Assembly: GCA_964608675.1 (NCBI GenBank)
Contig: CAZSOZ010000001.1
Coordinates: forward strand, 128,001 to 192,000
Source of the DNA: an uncultured archaeon
Lineage (GTDB): Archaea; Iainarchaeota; Iainarchaeia; Iainarchaeales; 1-14-0-10-31-34
Direction of reading: 5' to 3'
Length of the DNA: 64,000 nucleotides
Part shown: piece after piece, positions 19,316 through 28,055 of the stretch
Position numbering within the stretch: the first letter of the stretch is position 1
Layout of the letters: each line of letters opens with the position of its first letter
Translations under genes and position numbers: made by a program
The notes under the pieces: model-generated
The model's database searches: none
Seen by the model: only the letters and a program-made list of their open reading frames with translations
Told to the model about the DNA's origin: nothing

Positions 19316-19876
19316 TTACATTGTAAGTTTTTCTGTTTTTCTTTTATCTTTAATTAACTTAAAAATTAATTCCTGTGTTTCTTCAGGAAAAGGAACTCCA
19401 GGCATTGAACCCTCAGAACCCATTCTGTTTCCATAAGTGATTTGGCCTGCAAAACTCTGAATAAACAGTCCGCCGATTCCAAAAATACTTTCCCAAAAAG
19501 TTCTGGTAATAATTACATCAGAGATTCTTTCAAAAGGAATTGAATTAATTTTATAGCCAATTAAACCTGTTTTAATTATTACTCTGCTGTTTGTAAACCA
19601 GTAATCCTGTTTGCTGTACTTCAATAAAGCAAAAACAACAGAAATTCCCAAAATAATTAAAGCAATAAAAAAAACAATCAAAAAAACTTCAGGAAACCCC
19701 CCGCCAGATAAAACAGCAAAAGAAAAAGGAACCAAAAAAAACAAGGCAACAAACAAAAAGCCGGTTAAACCTGAAGCAATCCACATGTTTCTTAATCCAA
19801 GCAAAGGTTTCATATATTTAATTATTCTTTCTTTTTCGCCTAAACGAAAAAAACTCTTATAGTTTCCTTCATCCAT
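19316..19876 (-). CDS. Membrane protein with bPH_2 domain
   Basis: Two TM segments then Y.FTNSRVIIKTGLI...IPFERI. Confidence 0.85.
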   Translation of the reverse strand: MDEGNYKSFFRLGEKERIIKYMKPLLGLRNMWIASGLTGFLFVALFFLVPFSFAVLSGGGFPEVFLIVFFIALIILGISVVFALLKYSKQDYWFTNSRVIIKTGLIGYKINSIPFERISDVIITRTFWESIFGIGGLFIQSFAGQITYGNRMGSEGSMPGVPFPEETQELIFKLIKDKRKTEKLTM

Positions 19877-19971
19877 AGAATAATATTGTTTTTTAAGATT
19901 ATTAAATTTTTGTTTTTTTTTGTTTTTTTTAGTTCAAAATATTTATTAATGTAAAGAACGTTTTATTATTC

Positions 19972-20469
19972 ATGGCAAAAACAAAGTTGAAAGGAACCGA
20001 AACAAGCATAATTGAAATAATAGAAAAAATGGTAAGAGAAGGAAGACCCCAAAAAGAAATACTTAAAGAACTGAAAAGCCTTGGAATAAAAGAAGAACAA
20101 GCCAAAAAACTGCTTCTTTTAGGAGAAGCAGACACTTTTGCTTTGCTTAAAAAAGAAATACAAAAAATAGTAAAAGAAGACATGAAAAAAGAAGAAGAAT
20201 TATTTAGAAAACTAATTGTAGAAATAGTCAAAGAAGAAGAACAAAAAGTTGAAGACCACTTAACCCAAAAAATAGATGAATTAAAACAAGCGCTGAACGA
20301 AAAAGTAAAAGAATCAGAAAAAGAAGGAAAAAAACAGGAAAAAATGAAAGAATTAATGAAATTATTAAGTCATCCTCAAACTACTCACGGCATAAAATTT
20401 GATTTTGAATCAGAAAAATTAAAAAAAGAAAAAAAGAAAGAAAAAGGAATAAAAGAAGTAAAATTGTGA
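19972..20469 (+). CDS. Hypothetical coiled-coil protein (paralog of next gene)
   Basis: Shares SIIE.I.KMVREG...KKLLLL.EADTF.LLK.EI.KIV domain with 20476. Confidence 0.8.
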   Translation: MAKTKLKGTETSIIEIIEKMVREGRPQKEILKELKSLGIKEEQAKKLLLLGEADTFALLKKEIQKIVKEDMKKEEELFRKLIVEIVKEEEQKVEDHLTQKIDELKQALNEKVKESEKEGKKQEKMKELMKLLSHPQTTHGIKFDFESEKLKKEKKKEKGIKEVKL

Positions 20470-20475
20470 TAAAAA

Positions 20476-21165
20476 ATGAAAGCAAAAGAAGCAAGCATAA
20501 TTGAAACAATTTCAAAAATGGTAAGAGAAGGAAAAAACGAAAAAAAAATCATTCAAGAACTAAAAGTATTAGGCATAAACGAAGAACAATCAAAAAAATT
20601 ACTGCTTTTAGCAGAAGCAGACACCTTTGATTTGCTTAAATCAGAAATAAAAAAAATTGTAAGACAAGATTTAGCAGCAGAAGAACCATGGATAAAAAAA
20701 TTCATAAAAACAGAAGTAGAATTAGAAGAAAAAAGAGTTTCACAGGATTTAATGAGAGAAATGAGTTCAGATTTAGATTCATACAAACAAAGAACAAACA
20801 AATCAATGGAAGACTTCAAAGACATGATTTTAAGCAAAATGAATGTATTTCAAACAAAAATTAATTCAAACATAATGGCATTAACAGGGGTAATAAGCAA
20901 ACTAAAAGATTCAACAGTAAAAATAGACGAAAAAGTGGACATGGCTCAACTTGATTTAACTGAATTAAGATTAAAAGGAACAGCAAAAAAATTACAGTTA
21001 TTAAGATTTACATTAATTGGCGCAGGAATAATCTTTGGTTTCCTTGCATTCTACTATGCTTTTATGAACACTCAATTCGGAATAGCAGACACAAACACAA
21101 TAGGAATCTTTTTTGGAATGATAATAACAGCATTAGCTTTGCTTTTTATGGCATCCAAAACCTAA
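20476..21165 (+). CDS. Hypothetical coiled-coil protein with two C-terminal TM helices
   Basis: Same N-terminal domain as the upstream gene; hydrophobic C-terminus. Confidence 0.8.
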   Translation: MKAKEASIIETISKMVREGKNEKKIIQELKVLGINEEQSKKLLLLAEADTFDLLKSEIKKIVRQDLAAEEPWIKKFIKTEVELEEKRVSQDLMREMSSDLDSYKQRTNKSMEDFKDMILSKMNVFQTKINSNIMALTGVISKLKDSTVKIDEKVDMAQLDLTELRLKGTAKKLQLLRFTLIGAGIIFGFLAFYYAFMNTQFGIADTNTIGIFFGMIITALALLFMASKT

Positions 21166-21181
21166 AAACAAAAAAAAAGAT

Positions 21182-21325
21182 TTACTCAAAAACTTGGTTT
21201 TTTATTTTATGGTATTCTTCAAGATTATTTTTAGCGTTCTCTAACAAAATTTTGTTTCTAATTCCTTTTTCTTTGCTTGCAAGAAAATCAATCTGAATTA
21301 AAATTTCTTCCATTACAACTCTCAT
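21182..21325 (-). CDS. Small hypothetical protein
   Basis: MRVVMEE..., preceded by a GTGGT SD-like site. Confidence 0.45.
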   Translation of the reverse strand: MRVVMEEILIQIDFLASKEKGIRNKILLENAKNNLEEYHKIKNQVFE

Positions 21326-21384
21326 CAAAAACCACTCTTTATTCAGTAAAGTTAAGTAAAAAAAAGGTTTTAAATGCATCTATT

Positions 21385-21792
21385 TTATTCTTTTAAAACA
21401 GCCTGCTTTCCTAAAATAACACTTAAATTCTGGCTTTTCTTAAAAGCATTTTTTAAGCTTATAGCATAAGATTTGCCTTTCTTTTCAAAATGCTCCGGCC
21501 TCAAAAAAAGCCATCCTTTTTTAGGGATTTTCCAGGCAACAAACACATCTGTTCCAGAAATTTCCCCCCATTTAATTAATTCACTCATTTGAAGCAAAGA
21601 AATATTCAAGTAATTGGCTTTCCATGCCTTGCATTCAAATGAAATCCTTTTCTCAGGGCTTAAAGCAACAATATCAGGAGAAGGCAGAATAGTTGCACCA
21701 GAACCAGCAATACGAACACAGCCAAAACCACTTTCATACACTAATTTAAGCAATTCTCTTTCGGCATTAGCCCCCTTATTATACCTAGCCAT
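21385..21792 (-). CDS. hjc: Holliday junction resolvase Hjc
   Basis: KG..AEREL, RIAGSG, PDIVA, FECK. Confidence 0.93.
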   Translation of the reverse strand: MARYNKGANAERELLKLVYESGFGCVRIAGSGATILPSPDIVALSPEKRISFECKAWKANYLNISLLQMSELIKWGEISGTDVFVAWKIPKKGWLFLRPEHFEKKGKSYAISLKNAFKKSQNLSVILGKQAVLKE

Positions 21793-21904
21793 GACTGAAA
21801 ACCTCTTTTACATAATATTTATATGCATTTGTTTTATTAAATATTTAACAGAATTAGAGTTTTTAAATAAATTAAATTTATCACAAAAAAAAATTATGTT
21901 TTGA

Positions 21905-22177
21905 ATGAAAGAAACAATCAAAGTCCATATAAAACCTGACTCAAAAAAATTTGAGGTCTTAGGATTTAATAAATGGACTGACTGTCTTGAAATAAAAATA
22001 AAAGAAAAGGCAGAAAAAAACAAAGCCAACCAAGAGTTGGAAAAAAATTTGCAAAAAATATTCAAAACAAAAATAAAAATAATTAAAGGAAAAAAATCCA
22101 AAAATAAAAAAATTTTAATTGAAAACAAAACAAAAAAAGAAATCAAAAAAATAATTTACAAAAAAAAAAAACTCTGA
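21905..22177 (+). CDS. DUF167/YggU family protein
   Basis: VHIKPDSK...KANQEL...IIKGKKSKNK. Confidence 0.8.
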   Translation: MKETIKVHIKPDSKKFEVLGFNKWTDCLEIKIKEKAEKNKANQELEKNLQKIFKTKIKIIKGKKSKNKKILIENKTKKEIKKIIYKKKKL

Positions 22178-22259
22178 TTCTGGCTTTTCTTAAAAAAAAA
22201 AAGAAAAAGCACAATTGCCAAAAAAAAAGGCATCAAAAAAAAAACAGAAGGTGTACTTA

Positions 22260-23567
22260 ATGGGAAAAACATACATAAACGTAGTTAAATACAACATTAA
22301 AGCAATCTTTGAAATACAAGGATTAGTAGACAAACACGACATAATAGGAGCAATCTTTGGACAAAGCGAAGGATTAATCGGAGAAGACCTTGACTTAAGA
22401 GAACTCCAAAAAAACGGAAAAATAGGAAGAATAGACATTTTTCCAGAACCAAAAGAAGGAAAAACAATCGGAACCGTTTTAGTTCCCTCTTCTTTGGACA
22501 TGGTTCAAACTTCAATTCTGGCAGCAGCAATTGAATCAATAGAAAAAGTAGGTCCATATGAATCAAAATTCAATGTAAAACAAATAGAAGACACAAGAAC
22601 AAACAAAAGAAACGAAATAAAAAACAGAGCAAAAGAATTACTGGGAAAATTCCTAAAAGACAGCACTGCTTCAAACGAAATAGCCGACGAAATAAGAGAA
22701 GCAACAAGAATTTCAGGAATAAAAAACTGGGGTCCAGAAGCACTTCCAGCAGGACCAGAAATAGAAAAAGAAGAAGAAATTATAATAGTAGAAGGAAGAG
22801 CAGACGTACTAAATTTGCTGAGAAACAACATAAAAAACGTAATTGGAATGAATGGTTCAAAAATACCTCACTCAATTATAGGATTATGCAACAGAAAAAA
22901 TACTACTTTGTTCACTGACGGAGACAGAGGAGGAGAATTAATTCAAAGACAATTAATGCAGACTGCAAAAATAGATTACGTTGCAAGAGCTCCGGACGGA
23001 AAAGAAGTAGAAGAACTTTCAAAAAAAGAAATAACAATGGCTTTAAGAAAAAAAATTTCTGCAGGAGACATTCAAAAAAAATACAGTCAAACATCTTTCA
23101 GGCCGAGAACAGAATTCACTCCAAGAGAAAGATTCCAAAGAATTTCACAAAGAAGCCCGCGACCAAACCAAAGAACTTATTCAAAACCATACAGACAAAC
23201 AGGAACTTATTCAAGACAAAGACCATTCCAGCAAAGAGAAAGCTACTTTAAAGAAAATCCTTCTCCAATTCTAACAGTTCCCCCAACACAAGAAGAAAAA
23301 ACAAGATTTGAAAAACACATGAAAACAGTAAAAGGAAAAATGGAAGCAGTAATTCTTGACTCACAAGGAAAAGAAATAAAAAAAACCAAAATAAGAGAAT
23401 TAATTCCAGCACTAAAAAAACAAAAAGAAATTGAATCAATAGTATTAGACGGAATAATCACAAAAAGGCTTTTAGACGAAGCAAAAAAACATTCAGCGAA
23501 ATACATAATAGGAATAAAAAAAGGAAAAATAGAAGAAACCCCAGAAATTAAAACACTGGTAATGTAA
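22260..23567 (+). CDS. dnaG: Archaeal DnaG (TOPRIM, exosome-associated)
   Basis: DIIGAIFGQSEGL, IVEGRADV, DGDRGG. Confidence 0.95.
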   Translation: MGKTYINVVKYNIKAIFEIQGLVDKHDIIGAIFGQSEGLIGEDLDLRELQKNGKIGRIDIFPEPKEGKTIGTVLVPSSLDMVQTSILAAAIESIEKVGPYESKFNVKQIEDTRTNKRNEIKNRAKELLGKFLKDSTASNEIADEIREATRISGIKNWGPEALPAGPEIEKEEEIIIVEGRADVLNLLRNNIKNVIGMNGSKIPHSIIGLCNRKNTTLFTDGDRGGELIQRQLMQTAKIDYVARAPDGKEVEELSKKEITMALRKKISAGDIQKKYSQTSFRPRTEFTPRERFQRISQRSPRPNQRTYSKPYRQTGTYSRQRPFQQRESYFKENPSPILTVPPTQEEKTRFEKHMKTVKGKMEAVILDSQGKEIKKTKIRELIPALKKQKEIESIVLDGIITKRLLDEAKKHSAKYIIGIKKGKIEETPEIKTLVM

Positions 23568-23655
23568 CTGCACAGTTCCGGCTGTGCAGTACGAGCAAGA
23601 CATAAAGCCGTACTAGCGCCACTTTATATGGCGCACGCATGCCAGCTGGGCGTGA
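23568..23655 (+). repeat. Dispersed GC-rich hairpin element, copy 1 (directly after dnaG stop)
   Basis: 54/63 nt identical to 44983-45045; TGCACAG-TTCCGG-CTGTGCA hairpin. Confidence 0.9.
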
Positions 23656-23660
23656 CAGCT

Positions 23661-23732
23661 GGGCCTGTGGTCTATTGGTATGACGCCACGCTTACAACGT
23701 GGAGACAGGCGGTCCGATTCCGCCCAGGCCCA
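23661..23732 (+). tRNA. tRNA-Val(TAC)
   Basis: GGGCCTG/CAGGCCC acceptor; CCACG-CTTACAA-CGTGG anticodon arm. Confidence 0.93.
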
Positions 23733-23801
23733 AAGCTTTTGCGAAACAATTAAATACAACTGATTCTTTTTTATTAACAGAAACATCAGGAGGTAATTAT
23801 T

Positions 23802-24065
23802 TTGGAAAACAAAAACAGAGCAATGCTTTTCTTTGGAGTAATGTTTTTTGTATTAATTTTAGTGACTTTTTATGGAGTAAACCAAGCAAACGGAGCAGCA
23901 ACAAAAGCACTTGAATTACAGCAAAAACAAATGAATACATCAAAACAATGTTCAAACAACTGTGATGCATTAGCAGAAGCAGGACAATTAAACTGTGAAT
24001 GGATTGAATGCCACGAAAGATGCCAAGTTGGAAAACCAGAACCATACTGCAAAGAATTAATATAG
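23802..24065 (+). CDS. Small membrane-anchored Cys-rich protein
   Basis: N-terminal TM and six Cys; AGGAGGT SD before TTG. Confidence 0.7.
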   Translation: MENKNRAMLFFGVMFFVLILVTFYGVNQANGAATKALELQQKQMNTSKQCSNNCDALAEAGQLNCEWIECHERCQVGKPEPYCKELI

Positions 24066-24074
24066 GAACAAATT

Positions 24075-24242
24075 ATGAAATGCCTTAAATGCGGAACCCC
24101 TATGCTTCACCAGAGGGACGAAAAAAAAGGAAAAGAATTAATTGAAGTATGGCAGTGTCCCTCCTGTTCAAAAATTTCCCTTGAACCAAGCCAAAGCAAA
24201 TGGGTTAAATTCAATGAAGAAACAAACGTTTTTGAAGAATAA
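24075..24242 (+). CDS. Small zinc-ribbon protein, not in ORF track
   Basis: MKCLKCGTPM...WQCPSCS. Confidence 0.75.
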   Translation: MKCLKCGTPMLHQRDEKKGKELIEVWQCPSCSKISLEPSQSKWVKFNEETNVFEE

Positions 24243-24277
24243 TTAAAAAGTGTTTCCCTCTACTTTTTTTTAGTTAA

Positions 24278-24433
24278 GCGACCGTGGTTTAGTGGTAGAA
24301 TAGGAGCTTGCCAAAAACCTTTTTTAGAAAAAAAGCTTTACCAAAAAAGGTTTTCACTTCGTGAAAACTTATTTTTTAATTAGTAAAGGTTTGTTATTAG
24401 CTTCGGACTCGGGTTCAATTCCCGGCGGTCGCA
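24278..24433 (+). tRNA. tRNA-Gly(GCC) with 85-nt intron at 37/38 (24314-24398)
   Basis: GCGACCG/CGGTCGC acceptor; GGAGC-TTGCCA|intron|A-GCTTC; BHB-like junction. Confidence 0.92.
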
Positions 24434-24653
24434 TTACGCGGTTTCAGCCGCGTGAAACAATGCAGGGCTTTCAGCACAGCTTATCGCGCTTCCATGTAAC
24501 GAAAAACAATCAATCCCCTGCTCTGCAACAAGCTATAAGTTTGTAAAAAGATTTAATAATTTTTTACTGCAAGAATATTTTAGTTAAACTGTTTATGGCA
24601 GCAGGATTGAACAAAGTGAAGTCGTGCACGTGTGTAAACTGCACGAATAGTTT

Positions 24654-24724
24654 GCGTCCATAGTCTAGTGGTATGACGCGAGCCTTCCAAGCTCGATGTC
24701 CGGGTTCGATTCCCGGTGGGCGCA
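24654..24724 (+). tRNA. tRNA-Gly(TCC)
   Basis: CGAGC-CTTCCAA-GCTCG anticodon arm; GTTCGATTC T-loop. Confidence 0.95.
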
Positions 24725-24758
24725 CTTTTTATTTTCTTTTTAATCTAATTTTAATGAA

Positions 24759-25637
24759 ATGAAAAAGAAAAACAAAAACCTAATTAAAGAAATTGCTTTA
24801 GAGAGAATGTACAGATTAATGGATTTAGCAATTGAAGAATGGAAAAAACACTCTGAAAGAAGCTTGGATTACTTAAAGTTAATGAAAAAAATAGGTTCAA
24901 GGAACAAAGTAAGAATTCCAATTGAGTTAAAGGAATTATACTGCAAGAAATGCATGAGTTTGTTGCTGGAAGGAAAAGACAAGGAAATCAGAGTCAAAAA
25001 CAAGAAAATTTTGATTAAATGCAAAAAATGCGGAAAAATCAAAGAAATTAAAGGAAAACAAAAAAAAGAAAAAATTGTTTTAGGAATTACAGGAAGAATT
25101 GGAACAGGAAAAACAACTGTATTAAATGAATTAAAAAAAAAAGGCTTCAAAACACTTAATGCAGACAAAATAGCAAAAAAAGAATTAGAAAAAAAAAGAG
25201 AAAAAATAAAAGAAAAATTTGGACAAGAAGTTGTTGAAAAAAAAGGAGTCCAACACAAAAAACTGGCTAAACTGGTTTTCAACAACAAAAAAAAATTAAA
25301 AGAATTAAACGAATTAATTCATCCGCTTGTAAGAAAAAAAATTGAAGAAGAACTAAAAGGAAGAAAATTTGTTGCAGTGGAAATTCCTTTGCTGTTTGAA
25401 ACAAGAATGCAAAACTTATGCGACAAGGTTTTGGTTGTGACAGCAAAAAAAGAAAAAATAATTCAAAGAAACAAAAAAATGAACAAAAAAGAAATAGAAA
25501 AAAGAATGAAAAATCAAATGAATTCAAAAGAAAAAAAAAGGAAAGCAGATTTTGTGCTGGAAAACAACGGAAATTTAAAGGAATTGCAGGAAAAAATAAA
25601 TGAATTAATAAAAAAAATTGAAAATGAATTAAAATAA
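24759..25637 (+). CDS. Fusion: RNase P protein Rpp21 + bacterial-type dephospho-CoA kinase CoaE
   Basis: N-terminal IALERM...CKKC...CKKCG; C-terminal GITGRIGTGKT, ADKIA, IHPLV, EIPLLFE, ADFVLENNG. Confidence 0.88.
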   Translation: MKKKNKNLIKEIALERMYRLMDLAIEEWKKHSERSLDYLKLMKKIGSRNKVRIPIELKELYCKKCMSLLLEGKDKEIRVKNKKILIKCKKCGKIKEIKGKQKKEKIVLGITGRIGTGKTTVLNELKKKGFKTLNADKIAKKELEKKREKIKEKFGQEVVEKKGVQHKKLAKLVFNNKKKLKELNELIHPLVRKKIEEELKGRKFVAVEIPLLFETRMQNLCDKVLVVTAKKEKIIQRNKKMNKKEIEKRMKNQMNSKEKKRKADFVLENNGNLKELQEKINELIKKIENELK

Positions 25638-25684
25638 AAAACTTAAAGGAGTTCAAACAAAAAATAAATGAAAAAGGTTATTTT

Positions 25685-26161
25685 ATGAAAACAGGAGTTT
25701 ATGCAGGAAGCTTTGACCCAATCACTTTTGGACATATAGACATAATTGAACGGGCTGAAAAATTATTTGATGAAATCATTCTGCTGGTAGCAGAAAACAA
25801 AAAAAAACAAGCATTGTTTTCTCTTTCAGAAAGAAAAGAAATGCTTGAAGAACTATTTAAAGAAAAAAAACACATTAAAGTAGAAGTTTTAAGCGGACTG
25901 CTTGCAGAATACATGAAAGAAAAAAAACTGCATTTCATTATAAGAGGATTAAGAGCAATAAGCGATTTTGATTATGAATTCCAGCATTCAACAATAAACA
26001 AAGAACTAAACAAAGAAATCGAAACAGTTTTTTTGATGACCGACAGAAAATACTTTTATTTAAGTTCAGGCATGGTCAAAGAAATAATCAAACTAAAAGG
26101 AAACACAAAACAATTCATGCCAAAAATAATTGAAAGAAAATTAAAAGAAAAACTTAAATAA
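25685..26161 (+). CDS. coaD: Bacterial-type phosphopantetheine adenylyltransferase
   Basis: GSFDPITFGHIDII, IRGLRAISDFDYE, SSGMVKEI. Confidence 0.95.
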   Translation: MKTGVYAGSFDPITFGHIDIIERAEKLFDEIILLVAENKKKQALFSLSERKEMLEELFKEKKHIKVEVLSGLLAEYMKEKKLHFIIRGLRAISDFDYEFQHSTINKELNKEIETVFLMTDRKYFYLSSGMVKEIIKLKGNTKQFMPKIIERKLKEKLK

Positions 26162-26248
26162 AACCTGATTTTAAAAAAAAAACGAAAAATATATATACCT
26201 CTAAAAAGATTATTAGATTATTCTTTAATAAAAGAGGTGAAAAAAAAA

Positions 26249-26533
26249 ATGAAAAAAACAATAATAACAATCCTCATAATAAGCATAATAACCCTAACAG
26301 GCTGCACAGAAACAGGAAAAGCAATAAACACCGAAGACACAACAACCCTAGAACCCGACCAACCAACAAACGCATCAGCAACAGCAAAATGCCTCAACGG
26401 CACAACAGTAACCTGCACAGGAACTGCCTGCTATGCAAAAGATGCGTCCCAGAACGATGATGGAACATTTACAGACGGGCTCTGCGGGTGTGGTCTCGAG
26501 CAAACTAAATGCCCGACTCCAGTAGCAAAATAA
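26249..26533 (+). CDS. Small Cys-rich lipoprotein
   Basis: LTGC lipobox; six further Cys. Confidence 0.7.
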   Translation: MKKTIITILIISIITLTGCTETGKAINTEDTTTLEPDQPTNASATAKCLNGTTVTCTGTACYAKDASQNDDGTFTDGLCGCGLEQTKCPTPVAK

Positions 26534-26634
26534 AAAAAGAAAAAATATCCAACAAAAAAGAGGAAAAAAACTTTAACCCTCTTTTCCTTTTTCTTTTCAA
26601 TAACATTAAATTACTTTTTTCTTATAATTGTTGA

Positions 26635-27081
26635 ATGCCTGCAATAAAAAATAAAACCAAAAAAAGAAAAAACATTTCATTTGGAAAAAAAGTTCTTTCA
26701 AACAGAATGGCCAAAACAAACAGACAAAAAAATATTCCAACAATTGTTTTTTGCTGCGAGGCAGGAGGCTCAAGCGGAGTAATAGCAAGGTCTCTTCAAA
26801 GGGAACTGGAAAAAAAAGGAATCAAAAAGTTTAGAATAAAAAATGCAGGGCTTTACAATGAATCAGCAGACAGAATTTTAAGCCAAGCTGATTTGGTTGT
26901 TTCGCCTGTTTCACTTAAGGCGCTAATGAAAAATAAAAGCATACCTGAAAAAATAAAAAAAATTTTAAGAAAAAAAAAGTTAATAGAAGAAAATATTTCT
27001 GTGCTGACTGACACAGGAAAAATAAACCGGCAGTTCCTTGAAAAAGCAGAGAAAAAGCTGAAGGAAAAAAACCTGAATTGA
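26635..27081 (+). CDS. Basic orphan with PTS EIIB/LMW-phosphatase-like Cys P-loop
   Basis: IVFCCEAGGSSG...ADLVVSP. Confidence 0.55.
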   Translation: MPAIKNKTKKRKNISFGKKVLSNRMAKTNRQKNIPTIVFCCEAGGSSGVIARSLQRELEKKGIKKFRIKNAGLYNESADRILSQADLVVSPVSLKALMKNKSIPEKIKKILRKKKLIEENISVLTDTGKINRQFLEKAEKKLKEKNLN

Positions 27082-27202
27082 TGACCGGAAGATAAGTATA
27101 AAAAGGTTGTTTTTGATAAAATAATAAGAGAAAAAAACCTCAAATTCTCTAATACTTAATATTACGCTTTTTTGTGTTATTTAAGACATGGAGGCAGTTT
27201 TA

Positions 27203-27763
27203 ATGGTTTCAGTGTACGATGTGCCGGGAACAGAATTAATTAAAGAAATAGCAAAAGAATTAAAAGAAAACAAAAACATAATTCAGCCTGAATACGTGGA
27301 TTACGTTAAAACAGGAGCCCACAAAGAAAGAGCTCCACAAGAAGACGGCTGGTATTATACAAGAATGGCTTCAATTCTAAGAAGAATTTTTTTAGACGGA
27401 CCGATTGGAACAGAATCCCTAAGAACATATTATGGAGGCAAAAAAAACAGAGGAGTAAGACCAAACAAAAAAATTAAAGCAGGAGGAAAAATAATAAGAG
27501 ACTGCCTGCAGGCGTTAGAAAAAGAAGGCTTAATAAAAAAAGAAAAAAAAGGAAGAATTACAACAAGCAAAGGAACTGCTTTCTTAAAACAAGCTTCAAA
27601 AAAAACAGAAGAAAACCTTAAAACAAACCCAAAAACAAGAAAAAAAAGAAATTTAACTCTAGCAAAAGAAAAAGGTTCACAAGAACCAAAAGAAAAAAAG
27701 AAAAAAGAAAAGAAAGGGAAAGAAAATGAACCCAGAGGAGATAAAGCAAAAAAAAATAAATGA
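27203..27763 (+). CDS. rps19e: Ribosomal protein S19e with basic C-terminal tail
   Basis: VKTGAHKERAP, WYYTRMASILR, YGG. Confidence 0.95.
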   Translation: MVSVYDVPGTELIKEIAKELKENKNIIQPEYVDYVKTGAHKERAPQEDGWYYTRMASILRRIFLDGPIGTESLRTYYGGKKNRGVRPNKKIKAGGKIIRDCLQALEKEGLIKKEKKGRITTSKGTAFLKQASKKTEENLKTNPKTRKKRNLTLAKEKGSQEPKEKKKKEKKGKENEPRGDKAKKNK

Positions 27764-28043
27764 ATTAAAAGAAAAATATTCGCATCAAATGGAAGAACAA
27801 AACAGGAGGACCGACTTAGAAAACCAGATTGAATCTGCATTAAAGCTTGTTTTAACAGAAAACGCAAAAACAAGGCTTTATAATGTAAAACTGGTTAACC
27901 GGGAACTATATTTAAAAACAGCACAAAATCTTATTTATTTATATAAATCAGGTCAAATAAACGAAAAAATCGGAGACATCCAGCTGAAAAACCTGCTTGA
28001 AAAACTTTCTGCAAAAAGAGAAATAAATATTAAGAGAAAATAA
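27726..28043 (+). CDS. PDCD5-like DNA-binding protein
   Basis: LTENAKTRLYNVKLV; conserved position after rps19e. Confidence 0.9.
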   Translation: MNPEEIKQKKINELKEKYSHQMEEQNRRTDLENQIESALKLVLTENAKTRLYNVKLVNRELYLKTAQNLIYLYKSGQINEKIGDIQLKNLLEKLSAKREINIKRK

Positions 28044-28055
28044 AGGTGAAGAAAA

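Noticed and set aside
24462-24521. C/D box sRNA on the - strand of the tRNA-Gly spacer
   Set aside because: A terminal stem and CTGA are present but there is no convincing RTGATGA C box; kept only as a generic structured-spacer finding.
23699-24546. ORFs 23699-23914, 24361-24546 and 5943-6128
   Set aside because: They overlap tRNA genes and have no protein-like features.
23661-24724. Provirus or integrative element at the tRNAs
   Set aside because: No integrase and no duplicated tRNA 3' end (att) seen in the window.
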